DNA of 63,931 bases, filler included, from Gonapodya sp. JEL0774 (lineage: Eukaryota): NCBI GenBank assembly GCA_027604505.1. It is 3 parts of 3 records of this genome, joined end to end, with 100 filler letters (N's around TTAATTAATTAA, not from the genome) between each part and the next. Parts side by side here need not be neighbours in the genome. Positions count along the whole stretch, not along the records: positions 1 to 23,608 come from JADIIX010000232.1; positions 23,709 to 46,934 come from JADIIX010000233.1; 1 more part is not named here. One strand, written 5' to 3'. Position 1 is the first letter of the stretch, and each line of letters starts with the position of its first letter. The notes below the pieces were generated by a model. That model was not told where the DNA came from. It did not search any database and worked only from the letters and a program-made list of their open reading frames with translations. Shown here in pieces: positions 12,695 to 25,060 of the stretch. The position numbers and the translations under genes were made by a program.

Positions 12695-14207
12695 TCACCC
12701 CCAACCTGTATTCACCCCTCGTCCCTCTTCTACTGCCTCACTCATCGTCCCACTCTTGTTCTTCCAGTTCACTACGTACCTAAGAAACTCCGGAGAATCG
12801 TGAGTCCAACCACCACGCTCCCTGACATGTTCCAAAGAGTATCCTGCCGCTAATGGGTACTGCGCACCACCCCGCCGCATGGAGTGGGTGCCGTAGCACA
12901 ACACATCGCAGACGCCAATAGCTGTGAGGGCAGCACGAAGGCGTAGCAAGAAAGGGAATTGGGTCTGTTTGGAGAAACATTGTTGCAGTGGTGAGAATGG
13001 TGGGGGGTGTAGAGCTGGATGAACGATCACTCACCAACTTCCTCCCAGCAGTGACATGTTTCCCTTCAATCCAAGGAAACATGGGTCCGCTCTTAATACC
13101 CACGCGCCTAAGTTCACGAACATAGATCAGGGTAATGGCGTGGGCGCTCCAGCTGGATGGTTTTGGGGGAGGTTCGATGGATGTGTGAACAGCCGCACCG
13201 CCGGAGGTCTTCCGCGAGTTCAGTCAGACCCGAATGCTGTCATCGCCTGGTAGAACGCTAAGATCTTCGAACGAAAGGTCGAGGCATTCCTGGGCGCGGA
13301 GGAGGAGGTCGAACATAATGGCAACCAAAGCCTGTTCACAGATGGTTGTGAACACATGGGAGTTATCGAAAAGGTGACAAACTGAGATCCCACACTCACG
13401 GCCAGCTGTAAAAACTCAAGGCTTGGGTTCACCCTCACGAGCTCCATCAAGCTTGCGACCTGTGACCATCGCAACTCCTTCTCCTGCTCCGGAACGTATC
13501 CGTTCCTCTTCCACATGCCGTTAATGACCTGCAAAGTACAAGAGGTGATGTCAGTCACACGTGAGCTCTGTGAAGAGCTTAAGCAACAGCGCATCCAACT
13601 CACCTCGATTTGACGCGAGACTTCTTCGCTCTCCGTGGGGCATCCGAACACCCTCCCGTCCTCATTCACCGTCCAAGCACCCCTCCATTTAGGTCCAAAC
13701 GATCCGTAGAGGTCACGTATTGCTGCGCGGTCGCGGCTAGAGGGAGCAAGATATAGTTCAGATTTGCACCACAACTAGGACCATCCCCTGCAACGGAACA
13801 CGAACCTTGAACCCACCCATATCTGGGTGACAGCGATGCAAAATGTAGTTTGCAACGAATCGCGCCGTCTCGGAGTCTGTGTGCTGCTCGGGGTTGAAAT
13901 GGTGTCGAGCGTCCCTGTCACGGAGCCTTTCAATGCCATTGACGTCCCCCAGAGCATTCAGAAAACGCAAGGAGGCGCTGTCAGCGCAGAGAAAACGTCG
14001 AGATCGCTTGATTAGCTCTGCAAAGGTCGCTACGGGTGCAGATTTGCGAGTGAACAAGAGAATCGCTCACCCATCGTACGCTTTCCTGGTGTTGGAGGAG
14101 ATCCTCGCCATTTCCGCCTCCATCGCCGCTTGTTCCAGTAATCCCGTGTCCATCGCATCGCGCATCGAGAGTTTCGAACGTTTTGGAGGTGGCGGCGGGA
14201 CAGACAT
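12695..14207 (-). mobile_element. Intron-containing tyrosine recombinase (Crypton-like / DNA breaking-rejoining enzyme) with one in-frame TGA; probably inactive
   Basis: ATG at 14207. The spliced product carries the YR catalytic set: R in MFDLLLRAQE, K in NSRKTS, HSMR, GGW and FLRY. GT-AG introns are present. In-frame TGA at 13224-13226 (IRV*LNSRKT). No RT/RNase H nearby. Confidence 0.8.
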
Positions 14208-14765
14208 GATGTCCAGAACACGCAGGGTGGCTCCGAGGCGGAAGAGAGCGAGGGGATCGAGAAAAAGCGGACGGAGCGATGGGAAAGGAAAGGGGACGTA
14301 GGCGGAATTTAGTTGTGTAAGAGGAGGAGAAGACGTGGTAACTTGGTGATGGATGGGAGAACGCAGAACGTGGGTTGGAAGAACACGGCGAAATTGAGGT
14401 CACAAGTTGTTCAGATTTGAAATGAAAATCATACTACCGTGACAAAGTGTGTTGATTTTGTTTTGATCCGAGAATCACAATTGGGCACGTTGACGTTCTT
14501 TGGGGACAGACGTCTCTGAAACTTGGAAGTACAGCGGGGACGGAAAGCAAGAAGTTTGTCCTCAACCGCCCGTGGTTTTGATGGACTCCGCAACTGCGGG
14601 TCCGAGGATGTAACTAATTCCAGAAGGCGTCTTCATCAACATCATGCTCATCTTCTGGCGTCTGAAGTCCAGGACAGAACGACCTGCAGTCGAGTTTGCT
14701 TCGCTGGATTTGCGGTGGTCAAAGTTGCTGTGGCACCTTAGGTCACCTCAATCGGTCGGATGACC

Positions 14766-15076
14766 CTTTCCAAAGACTCCAAACGACAGCAACCAATTGA
14801 TCCTTGTTGATAGAGATTTGTATCGTATCACAAGTAGCAGAGAAGTTAGATGAACATAAGCTGGAGCATTGAATTTATATTGAATGTGCCCATTGTGTGA
14901 GCACTTCGGGATCTATTGACCCTGAGCCACATGAGCATGGAAATGCATCATGCGAAGGACAGAATATTTTGTTGTGTTCCGCTTTCTTCTCCCGCGTCAC
15001 CGAACCCATATCGGGCTTCCGCCCGATATTTGCTTTCCAAGGACTCCAAACGACAGCAACCAATTGATCCTTGTTG
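14766..15076 (+). repeat. 44-bp direct repeat pair (14766-14809 and 15033-15076) with an adjacent 9-bp hairpin
   Basis: CTTTCCAA(A/G)GACTCCAAACGACAGCAACCAATTGATCCTTGTTG occurs twice with 1 mismatch. ATATCGGGC-TTCC-GCCCGATAT at ~15008-15029. Confidence 0.85.
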
Positions 15077-15228
15077 GTTCGGCTCTTTCGCTCTTGCGTG
15101 GACCGTCGAGATCAAAAATACGTCGTGCTTACAATAGAAGAAATTTTCCTCCGAAGAATTCTAAACGCGTTTTGGGCGCGGTCTGGGACGGTGGTGGCAA
15201 AAAATTGAAATTTCTCCCTACCAATCGG

Positions 15229-17582
15229 ATGGATTCACCTACCGGCGCCCAAGGACTACGAGGGTGGGAGCTGACAAAGGACAGCGTCCAGTGCACATTT
15301 AATCTCCAATCCAGGATCGGAGGTGGCGGCTTCGGCGATGTCTACCGTGGAACGTATTTGGGCGCCCCTGTCGCGATAAAACTGCTTCGAGGGTCTGACA
15401 TATCGCTGAAGGAGGCAAGTTCTAAAGTGATGTTGAGCAAACTCTCGGAGTTGAAATTGGGTTGGCTTGTGTCAGGATTTTTTGCGGGAAGTACAAGGCT
15501 GGTTCAGTCTCCGATTCCCCAATGTCCTTCTCCTGTGCGGCGCCTGTACAGATCCTCAAGCTATGTTCATGGTCTCACCTCTCATGGAAAACGGGGATTT
15601 GTTGTACTACCTCCAAAATGTTCGTCCAGACGCCGACAAGGTACAGCTGGTGAGTTCTTCCCCCAAACCATTTGCGGCTGCCGCTGCCAATGTTCACAAC
15701 CCCTGCATTTGACCCTTGACATAGCTGTATGATGTGGCTTGTGGTATGAACTACTTGGAGTCACGCGGAATCGTGCATGCTGATCTGAAACCTGGAAATG
15801 TTCTTGTGGGCAAGGACGGAAGAGCTGTCATCGCAGACTTTGGGCTTTCCAAGTTTGAGGCAACGTCTGTATCTGGCTCGCGTCCAGGCACTACCGTGTA
15901 CATGGATCCGGAGCGGCTGCGGCTCTTCATGCGAGACACCTCTCAAAGGACCAGGAAGCCTGTCTCGACCATGGCAGGAGATATTTACTCATTTGGCATT
16001 CTATGCTATGTGGTGATTTTGATTTTGATTTTGATACCTTTTAGCTCCTATTAATGGTGTCGTTGCAGGTTTGGACCAAGGACGGTCAGCCTTTCGGACG
16101 GATTGAAAGCGTCCGAGACCTCATGACAGACATCGTGTATGAGGGCAAGCGGCCCGATATATCTGACGCTCGCCTCCAAGACATGCCCCCGGCTCTCAAG
16201 GGCCTGATGCAGAGATGTTGGGAGGGGAAATCTTCAGCGCGGCCGAGAACGTTCAAGGAGGTTCTTGAGGTTCTCGAAACTTTGGTGCCATCGAGCGCAA
16301 GTATGGTTGACAACAGACTCGAATCTTTGGAGCACCCCCCACGCTTGACCAACCTTGGACCCGCTTCGACGGCAGGCACCTTAGTAGGTGCAGCGGCTGC
16401 CAGAGAAGGCCCAGGGACTGGCGGTAACATGCCTGTGCAGGAATCACAGGTATCCCACAGCATTGTTGAGCTACTATGTGAGACCACAAGGAAAGGCATT
16501 GAATCTACCTTTTTCGCTAACATCATTGAATTTCAGATCCAGGAGGAACTTGGCCTCCTAATGTAGTAACTGGGGATGAAATTATAAGGGGAGAGAGTGT
16601 AGACGAGATGTGTGAGAAGATCACAAAACGCGGTGTTCACACCATCAAATTAAGAGTGGGAAATTTCTATGTGGATGAGGATCTCCTGGAGGAGATCTGT
16701 GAGGAAGTGTGTTGCGAAGTACCATTTACGAAAGTCTCTCATCTGTGATTTCTTGTTCAGTCCTGAAGCCCAGTCATGTGCTAGTGCCATCTAACCTCTT
16801 GAATGCCATTAGTAGTGTGTTGTGTGGAGAGACAGGAACTACACTCAGGCGCTTGGATTTACAGTCATGTAACCTACAGGATTCAGCAGTGGACCTATTT
16901 GTGTTGAAACTTCTTCATAACCGTTCTGTGATGTTAAGGGAACTGGATCTCTCCGGTGAGCTTTTAATCTGTCAGTTTGTTTAGAACGATCTCATTTTGG
17001 TGATTCCAGATAATAATATTACCTCCGTTGGAGCACGTTTTCTCAAAAACGCTTTACATACAAACAGAACTATCGAAAATCTAGAAATTGGGCGTGAGTT
17101 GGTGGTTTACATTTGGGAGATATGACATTTCCCAATGAGTCCGGTTGTGTTCCATTGACTACATGATGTCCTTCCTTCATTAGAAAACAATATTGGTGAT
17201 GTTGGAATAACTGAGCTTGCAAAAGCACTTCGTACAAACAACGCACTCGCCACTTTGGATGTCTCATGTGATTTTGAGGACCCTTTTGTTGAGTCAATTG
17301 TGTTAATCCTGACCTTCTGTTTTGGTTGCAAGCAAACTCAATTGGTGACGCGGGTGCCATAGCACTTGCCGAGGCCCTCAATTACAACACCACCTTGACA
17401 TCGCTCAATATTTTGAGTAAGTTGGAGTAGGAGGGAGGGAAGAAGTGAAATTTTCGACTCCCATCTGTTTTCACTCCACCTCTACCAACCCCTCTCACTC
17501 ACATACAGACAACTCCATTGGTGAGGTGGGGAAAAGCGCACTCAAGGCACTTACAAATGCTAGACGCAAAATAGAGGTTTAG
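15229..17582 (+). CDS. TKL-like (non-RD) protein kinase - RNI-like (NLRC3-type) LRR protein, multi-exon
   Basis: ATG at 15229. Motifs GGGGFGDVY, VAIK, HADLKPGN, DFG, GTTVYMDPE, DIYSFG and LMQRCWEGKSSARP. The first intron is GC-AG (15415-15475). The 3' exons of 84 nt each encode one LRR (NNITSVGARFLKNALHTNRTIENLEI, NNIGDVGITELAKALRTNNALATLDVS, NSIGDAGAIALAEALNYNTTLTSLNIL). TAG at 17580-17582. Confidence 0.85.
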
Positions 17583-20256
17583 TTCCATTGTAGTAGCACC
17601 AACAGATGTGAACCAAACTGAGTTCCATGAGATCCACTTCACCTTCAATAGACCATATTAGGCACAATGAATATCTCGGAAATCGGAAATAGGTGGCTTC
17701 GGAGAGAGCATCCAGCTCGTCTCTGGTCATTCTGGTGAGGTGGAGCTTCATTGTGTGAACGAAATTGGCAAGTCGAGCCGTTGGGCCGTTGCCGCGATAA
17801 TTCACATTCATTCCAACTGAGTGCAGGTTTCTTTGAATTTCCGAGGGGCTTGGAGACCTATTGAACTTCTGGAGAACCACGCTGTTAAAGAATTCTGATT
17901 CTCTCAGTTGCTGATGTTCTCACTCCTCCCGCTCTCGACGGATCTCCTCCGTCCCCAAAACCCGAGATCCAATGTCGCTCGCGGAATAGCTACAATACGA
18001 TGTACCAGTCTGATCCACAGCACTCCTCCAGATTTCCCCATACGGTGTTATCAGCAGTGTACAGCGACCAGCAAGTCGAAGATAAGAGTGGCTGTCCTCG
18101 GCTCTCTTTCCAATCGTAACATTCTGCATCTCTGCTTGAAGTGCGGTGAAGAAAATATGCAAAGTTTTCTCGTAGCCATGTGGAAAAAGCGGTCCAAAAG
18201 AGCTCTCTGGTTGAGTGACCGCGATGAAAAGTCTTGTCTGCAGCCTGAAGGACGCTCCTTTACCCGAAGAAGACGGAAGCGTCGCGAGCGAGACGATCCA
18301 GCCTGTAAGATGCGATCCCAGTCATGCATCCCGCGTTTCCATCCTCGTCTAGAGTAGCCATTGCTCCGCTCTTGCCCCTTTTCATTGCCGGTGACGCGTC
18401 GTGGTCCCCACACGCGAGGTGAGAGCTTGTTCCAATCGATCGCGGTCCTTCTTGCCGAGACGAGGTGGTCGTACCCCGCTCTTGATGTCTTGAAAAAACG
18501 TTTGGTACAAACCGTAGCAACGCTGTTTCAGGTCGCGAAAAATCGACGCATGATTTCGAGCTACAGAGCAGTCAGTAGCCCGTTTGTCGTGAGGGAAACG
18601 AGGTGGTGAAGTCAGTATCGGTGCTGGAGCAACGCAGAAACGTGTATAAATGCTCACTTGCGCGTCAATTGAGATACTCTGGCCCTATGATTCATCCTTG
18701 GACTTCCGAAGGTAGGCAACGAAGACGGGAAGACCGGGTAGGGGAGCTGGGAATGATGATGCCGTCCGAGTCAAAAGTTGAGTACGCGACAGGAAGGATT
18801 GAAACCAGAAAATAAGAGGCCCATCACTGATGCAGATGTGTGGGGGAAGTGGGACAACTTACTACATTGTGTGGTTGTGCAATTGACAGGTTCTCGATGG
18901 ACATGAAGGAACGACGCGATTCCCCGGTAAAAAAACAACAGACGCCACCCGCGGGAGAGGAAACAGCTCTTTCCCTAGGGTGAGAGCAGAAACCTGGTGC
19001 GGGACGCATGAGATTGACAGGGTAAAGCATTGTTGGTCTGAGCGCGAGGGAAACGGTAGCGGGGCGCCGCGGTTTCAGGTCAAACCGAAAAGACGATGGG
19101 CGGTCGCAGGAGTAAAGCGAAGACGAGAAGTGCGTGAGAAGATGGTGCGTTTTGTCAATATGATGTTGTTCGAGGTTGAGGTCAGCGTTGCTGTGGCCTG
19201 CCTTCGGTCAGCGTCCCTTCAATATTCCATCCTCACTCTTACCTGCTGAAGCCTACAACACACCACTGTCAGTGAATGAACTGGGACTGTGGTCCCTGGT
19301 ACTTACTTATCCTTCTCGGCATCCAGTCTCGGATGACTAGTGCAGTCTCCACCATTCCTACTACCTTACCTGCTCACATTGTTGCCAATGAATTTGGCAC
19401 GTGCGACTGCATCATGCCAGTCTTCGATGATCCGTCACCCCACTGCCTTACCCCTGGACTTCGTGTACCCCATCCTGTACGCTAAACTCATTCTAAAATA
19501 CTGATTGATTATGCTGTGGCAGGGAGGGAGATGTTGGTGCCTATGAAGGAAGAGATAAGTTTCAATGACTGCCGAAATTGAAAGAATGAAGAATCGCAGA
19601 TGTTGGAAGAATCAAGAACGACTTTAAATAAAGGAGGATGAAGAGAGTGTGAAGAGTGTGTGTGAAAGATGGAAAGGGAGGTCCTGAACTACTTCATTAC
19701 ACAAGAGCAAAAACCCCGAACGGCAATCATGTATTGTTTGCCCTTCATCTCCTGATTTACTCCCTGATTTCACTGAAGACAGCAAAGAAGAAGGCCACCC
19801 CTTGTGACTATGATCCAGTGACAGTCACTCCACTTGGCTACACTGATGGCAGTCCAGATGAACTGGACCAGCAAGAAAAACAATAAATATACGAAACAGA
19901 ATAGATAGGAATAGATATCCAGATAGGTTCAGCACCCTGGCGTTCCAATGGCGATCCTCTGATTGAGCAACCAGCATGCCTTACGCATCCACCATCGGAG
20001 GCCACCAGCGTACACTAATAAATATTAATGTCTCACCAGGGCATTGACCGACTATATGAAGCAGAGTCCTGCTAGCCTCCTCAAGTGGATACTTTTCAGC
20101 TGCTGGCCAGTGGTGGGTATCAGTTGAAGGCACATCACCTTAATATGGATGATGTGCTCCCAAACGACATTGCCCACTCTTCAAGCGACCGAAAGCTATC
20201 GAAACTCATCCCTCATGTGAATGCGTGTTCGAACACCGGAAAGCTCAACTCCACCG

Positions 20257-20385
20257 CATCCCAAAGGATAGAGTGATACGCTCTCAAAGGACAAAACCCC
20301 ATCCCAAAGGATGGAGTCATATGCTCTCAAATGACAATACCCCATCCCAAAGGATGGTGTGATATGCTCTCAAACGACGATGCCC
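20257..20385 (+). repeat. 43-bp tandem repeat, 3 copies
   Basis: CATCCCAAAGGAT.G.GT.ATA.GCTCTCAAA.GAC units start at 20257, 20300 and 20343. Confidence 0.8.
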
Positions 20386-20798
20386 ACTCTTCAAGCAAGG
20401 CAAAACATGCTGTTCGGACTCATCAGTCCCGCTGGCTGAGCGCCTCTGCCTCCCCACGCCGACGCACCCGTAAGAACGGAAGAAACCGGACTTTCAACCG
20501 GACTCGGGTCTCTCTTGATGGCGAGACTTGATGGCGAGACTTGCCAGCGATGAGTCAGCACAGCTCAGTGAGAAGCCAGATGGTGATGTAGCGGTACGGA
20601 TGAGGTGTGGTGTTGCCCGTTGGAGAGGGGTCGTGGGAGCGAGGGAGTGACGGCGAGAAGAGAGAACGGGTGGGGGTCGGCTCGCGCGGACGTGATGTGG
20701 GATGTGCTTCGGTGGGGGAACATATCACTGGACGATGAATGACACGACTACGGGCCCAAACGGCCGCGGGGAACTCACCAGCCGCCCCACCCTCTAAA

Positions 20799-23063
20799 TC
20801 CTCCACCCTGGCATCATCCCGCCCAGAAGACCAAGTCCTCCACCCTCCTTGTTCGATTCAGACTCGGCCACGAACCCCAAAAGCGAAGAGTCCAGCGAAG
20901 GGAATGGAAGCACGATGAGCGCACCTGATACGAGGGGGGGTGTTGGTCGGTGGAGCGGATGTTCGACATTGTCCGTGTCAGGATAAGCAAGAGGAGAATC
21001 CAAAACATATCGGAGCAAAGAAAGCAACGTGGGAAAATGAGTACTTCCAAAACCAGGTGTCAGCACAACAAGAAAAGTCGCACATACCATCGTTCTACAA
21101 ATCCCTCCTTGTCCCTGACCACACCACGACGGAGTACCAACATACCCATTCCCCGTTCCGTTGGCTTTGCTCCCATCCAGCCCGTCCTCCTCCATCATGT
21201 TCACACTCCCGTTACTCCCCGCTCCACTCTTCTTGCTCTGCTTCCTCCCCGTCAACTACGCAAACGTCCACTGAATGAAGTTATGTTTCGGGAGTAGAAT
21301 GGGCGGGGTGGGAGGTGGAGGCGGCTGTGGGTGCCACAGGGGTCGCTGATCGTGCTGCCGCTCCAGCTCCGAACCCGCCAGACCCTTCCAACCCATTCTG
21401 TCCAGTGTCCGCACCGGCATCCCCCTCCACACTCCTCTCCCTATCGCTCACCCTCGGACTCGGACGCATCTTGGCCTCGCCACTCTCCCCCAATCCCACC
21501 ATCTCACCACCGGTCTTCTCCGCATTGACCCCGCTCCAATCCCACCCAGCCCCGAACCCCATCAACATCGCCACCGATATGCGGTTGAACGTGGACACAG
21601 CCAGCCCCACAGTACCCGTCTCGCACGGACCACGCTGTTCCTCTTGGTCTTGTTCTGCGGGGACGTGGTTCGTCTCTGCATCATCGCCATCTCCGCCCCA
21701 TAGCCATTGCCCCATGGGTGGTCGGCGCAGTGGACGTGGACCGTGGCACTGCGCGATGGAGACAGCGATGGGGTGTTTGAACGGCCCCGAAGCGCGGGAC
21801 GGGAATCGGGATGGCGGTTTGGCTCCCCATTGGCCGTGATGAGGTGTGAGTGACAGAGCGCCAGGAGCACCGGCACCCAATGTCGTGCTGGATCGCGAGA
21901 GACCACTGGCCCGTTGGGTGGGTGTTGCGGCTGCGGCACCGGTTCCACCTCCTCAACCAGCTCCTACCCGGGAAAACAACGCTGCCCTGCAAACTATCCT
22001 CTCTCTTCCCTCCCTCCACCTCCACCACCTGCGTACATCATCTCCCTCACCCCGCTCTCAACGAGCAGTGACGCCGCAGACACCGCGCGATCCACTGCAA
22101 GGCCTGGAAAAAGGAGTCCCGTGTCGGAGTAGGAGTGGACGCCACCGAGGCGCGCATTTCGTGGTTGTTGAGCAGGGATGCGAAGATGGTGGTGTTCAGG
22201 CGTTCAGGCGTTCAGGCGTCGGTGCCGCTGTGAGATCGTCCATGTAGTGGTCGCCGACTCCGTATTACTACCCCCCACGTGGGCCATCTACGTCAACACC
22301 ACCTGTTTCAAACTACTGAGCTGCTGCTGCGGTGCCGGTCCTCCACCGTCGACGACGACCCGATCGACACCATCCGATCCATCACGCTCCCCGCCATCGC
22401 CGCCTCACAACGGTGACCACGTGGGTCGCCACGGGGAACCCAACGCCCGTGATCGTCTCTGTGTACAACATTCCTGACGACGATCCGGTGGATACGGCCG
22501 AGAACGCTGAGGCCGTGGTGGCGAGCGAGGTGAGCGAGTGGGACGAGAGGAGGGAGGCCGAGGGGAAGCGGGTCGAGGTGGTGCCTTGGGGTGGGGACAC
22601 GGGGTTTTTATCATAGAGGATGAGCAATTGGTTGGGTGAGTCGTACGCACCCACCAACAACCTGAAGCAACTCTCCAACTTACGCGAGTTCGTGCAACTC
22701 CATGCCTCATGCCCCCAATTTCGTGCCCCCCCTTCGCTCCTCCCCCCCTCGGCGAGGGATGCGAGGGGTTGGGGTGGTTTGGGTGCTGGGTGTGGACGGG
22801 ACGTTGAAGGAGGAGGAGGTGGTAGTTACGGAGGAGAGGACCGTGGCGACGATGGATGTAGAGGGTGACAAGGCGCAGGGGTCGGGAGAGGTGGTCGAAT
22901 TTCATGTACCAGAAGAAAATTGAAAGTCCGAGTGTGAACGATCAAAGGGATTTCAGGGGTTTCAGGGGTGGAAAGGGGTGAAATGGGAGAGAAACGTGTG
23001 GGAGGAGAGAGTCCTTGTGGCCTGTGCACAGCGGGTGATGATTGTTATGGCCTCAGCACACAC
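20799..23063 (+). repeat. Right arm of the long inverted repeat (partner 9890-12425)
   Basis: Reverse-complement similarity to 9890-12425. This arm lacks ~250 bp present at ~10065-10320 in the left arm. Confidence 0.9.
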
Positions 23064-23608
23064 ACGCCCCATCAATCCCATCAATCCCTCACCACCTCTC
23101 ATCATTGATTCCGTTCTCACGCAACGGCATCCGCACAGCCACAGATCGCCACTTAAAAGAAAAATCGTTTCTCCCCTGCCGTCTGCCGTTCCAATCCCCC
23201 ATTCCGCCCACTTGCCCCCACCATTGGTGAGCAAATGGGTGTCGCTGTCTTAAGCGCCACATCTCCAACATTCTGTACTGAACTACGCGATATGCTGATG
23301 GCATTTATGGTTCTGCAAGGGCCACGGAGGTACACCGACGCGGAAACTGGCAAACCGACAAACGCTCCGATGTACAAGGAAGGTATTCCGAGTAAGTACT
23401 ACGTGCGCGTTTGATCTCGAATTTTTTGTCACTCATTTCTCTTCAACTTGTGTGGGGTTTGCGTCGCGCAGATGCACGCGGCATGCCTACCCGAGGGCTC
23501 TCAATAGGGAGCGTCAAGGAGGCTGTCAATTCCGTAGGCTGGATTGCCGCAGTACTGGACAAGGGAACAAGCTGGGATGAAGGTTTGCTGAATGCGCCAT
23601 AATCTCGT

Positions 23609-23708
23609 NNNNNNNNNNNNNNNNNNNNNNNNNNNNNNNNNNNNNNNNNNNNTTAATTAATTAANNNNNNNNNNNNNNNNNNNNNNNNNNNNNNNNNNNN
23701 NNNNNNNN
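23609..23708. other. Assembly gap / contig spacer with TTAATTAATTAA linker
   Basis: 44 N + TTAATTAATTAA (stops in all six frames) + 44 N; artificial. Confidence 0.97.
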
Positions 23709-24100
23709 GGGTCATATCTATCGAGGTCATGCCCCTTGCACCAGGTCATGACCTCAGTACTCCGTGGGTTATAGACAGTCCCAGTATGGGGAAACACTTC
23801 AAATTAATAAAAGTCCATGGCAAATCAGACGATTGATCTAAAACTTTGCAGCAGTGTGTCTGAACACTTATCTCAGGACTTTGCCTACTCATAATCCGGA
23901 ATTTACGGCTCCTGGTGATGATGTCAACTTTCCAATAACAGCAGTTCCATGCACACACCAAAGACAATGGAGAGGGAATCAGAACAAAATTCCAGGAATT
24001 GAGTCCAGGGATGCATGCAGGTAGTCAGATAGATACTGTACAATCTAGACATACATCAGATCTCCATCCTACATCTACCAGTCCGGTCCAGTACGGGACA

Positions 24101-25060
24101 TCACAGGTTCTTTGCGCTCTCAGCTGCCTGTTCTGCCTCCATTTTATCATTTGAAAGTCTTTTAATGGCTCGATCGTATTTCAATTGTGCTAAAGTGAGT
24201 GCTTGAGTTGCTGCTTTGTCCTTCAAGTCCATCTCCTTCGGAATACTTGCATTCTCTTCACGAAGCACCTTCTTGACATCGTCCAATTGTTCACTCAAGG
24301 TTTTGATCGTTCTTTCTTGCAACAACTTCTCCCTTTCCACCAGGCCCAGTTGCTTGCGGAATTCACCCACCCTTCTTTGCGCCACTGTGTTCAAGGTCTC
24401 CGCCTGCAGCAATTGCTCTCTCACACTTTTGGTTGTCCATTCCACCTTCTCCTTCTCCTTTTCAACCTGGACAATTTGCGAGCGCAAAAAATTCCAACCA
24501 CTTTTCTGCTGCTATCTTCTTGTTGTCCACCTCAACCAAACACTTCCTCAAGCTTTCTACTGTTGAGTCCACCAGAGCTTTCTCATTTTGCACCTTGTGC
24601 AAGCGATCACTCATACTTTCTGCAGTCCTTTGCGCCTCCGTCTTCTCCTTCTCAACCGCCGCCACTCGACGTCGCACGCTCTCAACCATCCTTTGTGCTT
24701 CCATCATCTCCTTCTCGGCCTCTTCCACTCAGCGTCGCACACTTTCGACCGTCCTTTCCGCTGCCAATTTCTCGCTCATCCGTGAGTTCATTGCAATCAA
24801 GTGGTGAGACTGAAGTGTTGCCAGGGTTTGGGCATGGGTGTTGTTGAGTGATTCAAATTCCATCCGAGCGGTTTTCTTCTCCCCATGCATCTCCTTATCA
24901 ACTGCCTCCGCTCGGCGTTGCAAGCTTTCCACTGTCCTCTCTGCTGCCATTTGGTGCCATTTTCAACACTACAGCTGCTACTTCCTTCACTTTGGTGATC
25001 TCTCTTCTCGCCCTGTCCATTGCTTCCTCAGCTTTCTTCAACTCCGCTCTCGCAGCATGG
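24101..25060 (-). pseudogene. Decayed long coiled-coil protein with internal heptad repeats
   Basis: Repeats AAERTVESLQRR / AAERTVESVRR* / AQRMVESVRRR / AQRTAESMSDR are spread over 3-4 ORFs with an in-frame TGA and frameshifts. Confidence 0.55.

Noticed and set aside
12695..14207. Starship captain or DIRS/Ngaro retroelement
   Set aside because: The YR is short with no recognisable DUF3435-type extension, and no RT/RNase H or defined element boundary is visible.
17880..18770. F-box-like gene on the minus strand (LRCLPSEVQG*II)
   Set aside because: The motif is too short and interrupted by stops, so it cannot be supported without a search.
23290..23608. Spliced gene fragment next to the gap
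   Set aside because: Splice-like signals are present, but there is too little sequence to assign a product.
23653..23664. Palindromic TTAATTAATTAA as a biological site (also 46979-46990)
   Set aside because: It is an artificial six-frame-stop linker centred in fixed-length N runs.
23709..24104. Possible LTR end (…GACATCACA) truncating the coiled-coil ORF
   Set aside because: The other terminus is lost in the gap, so TSD and termini cannot be verified.
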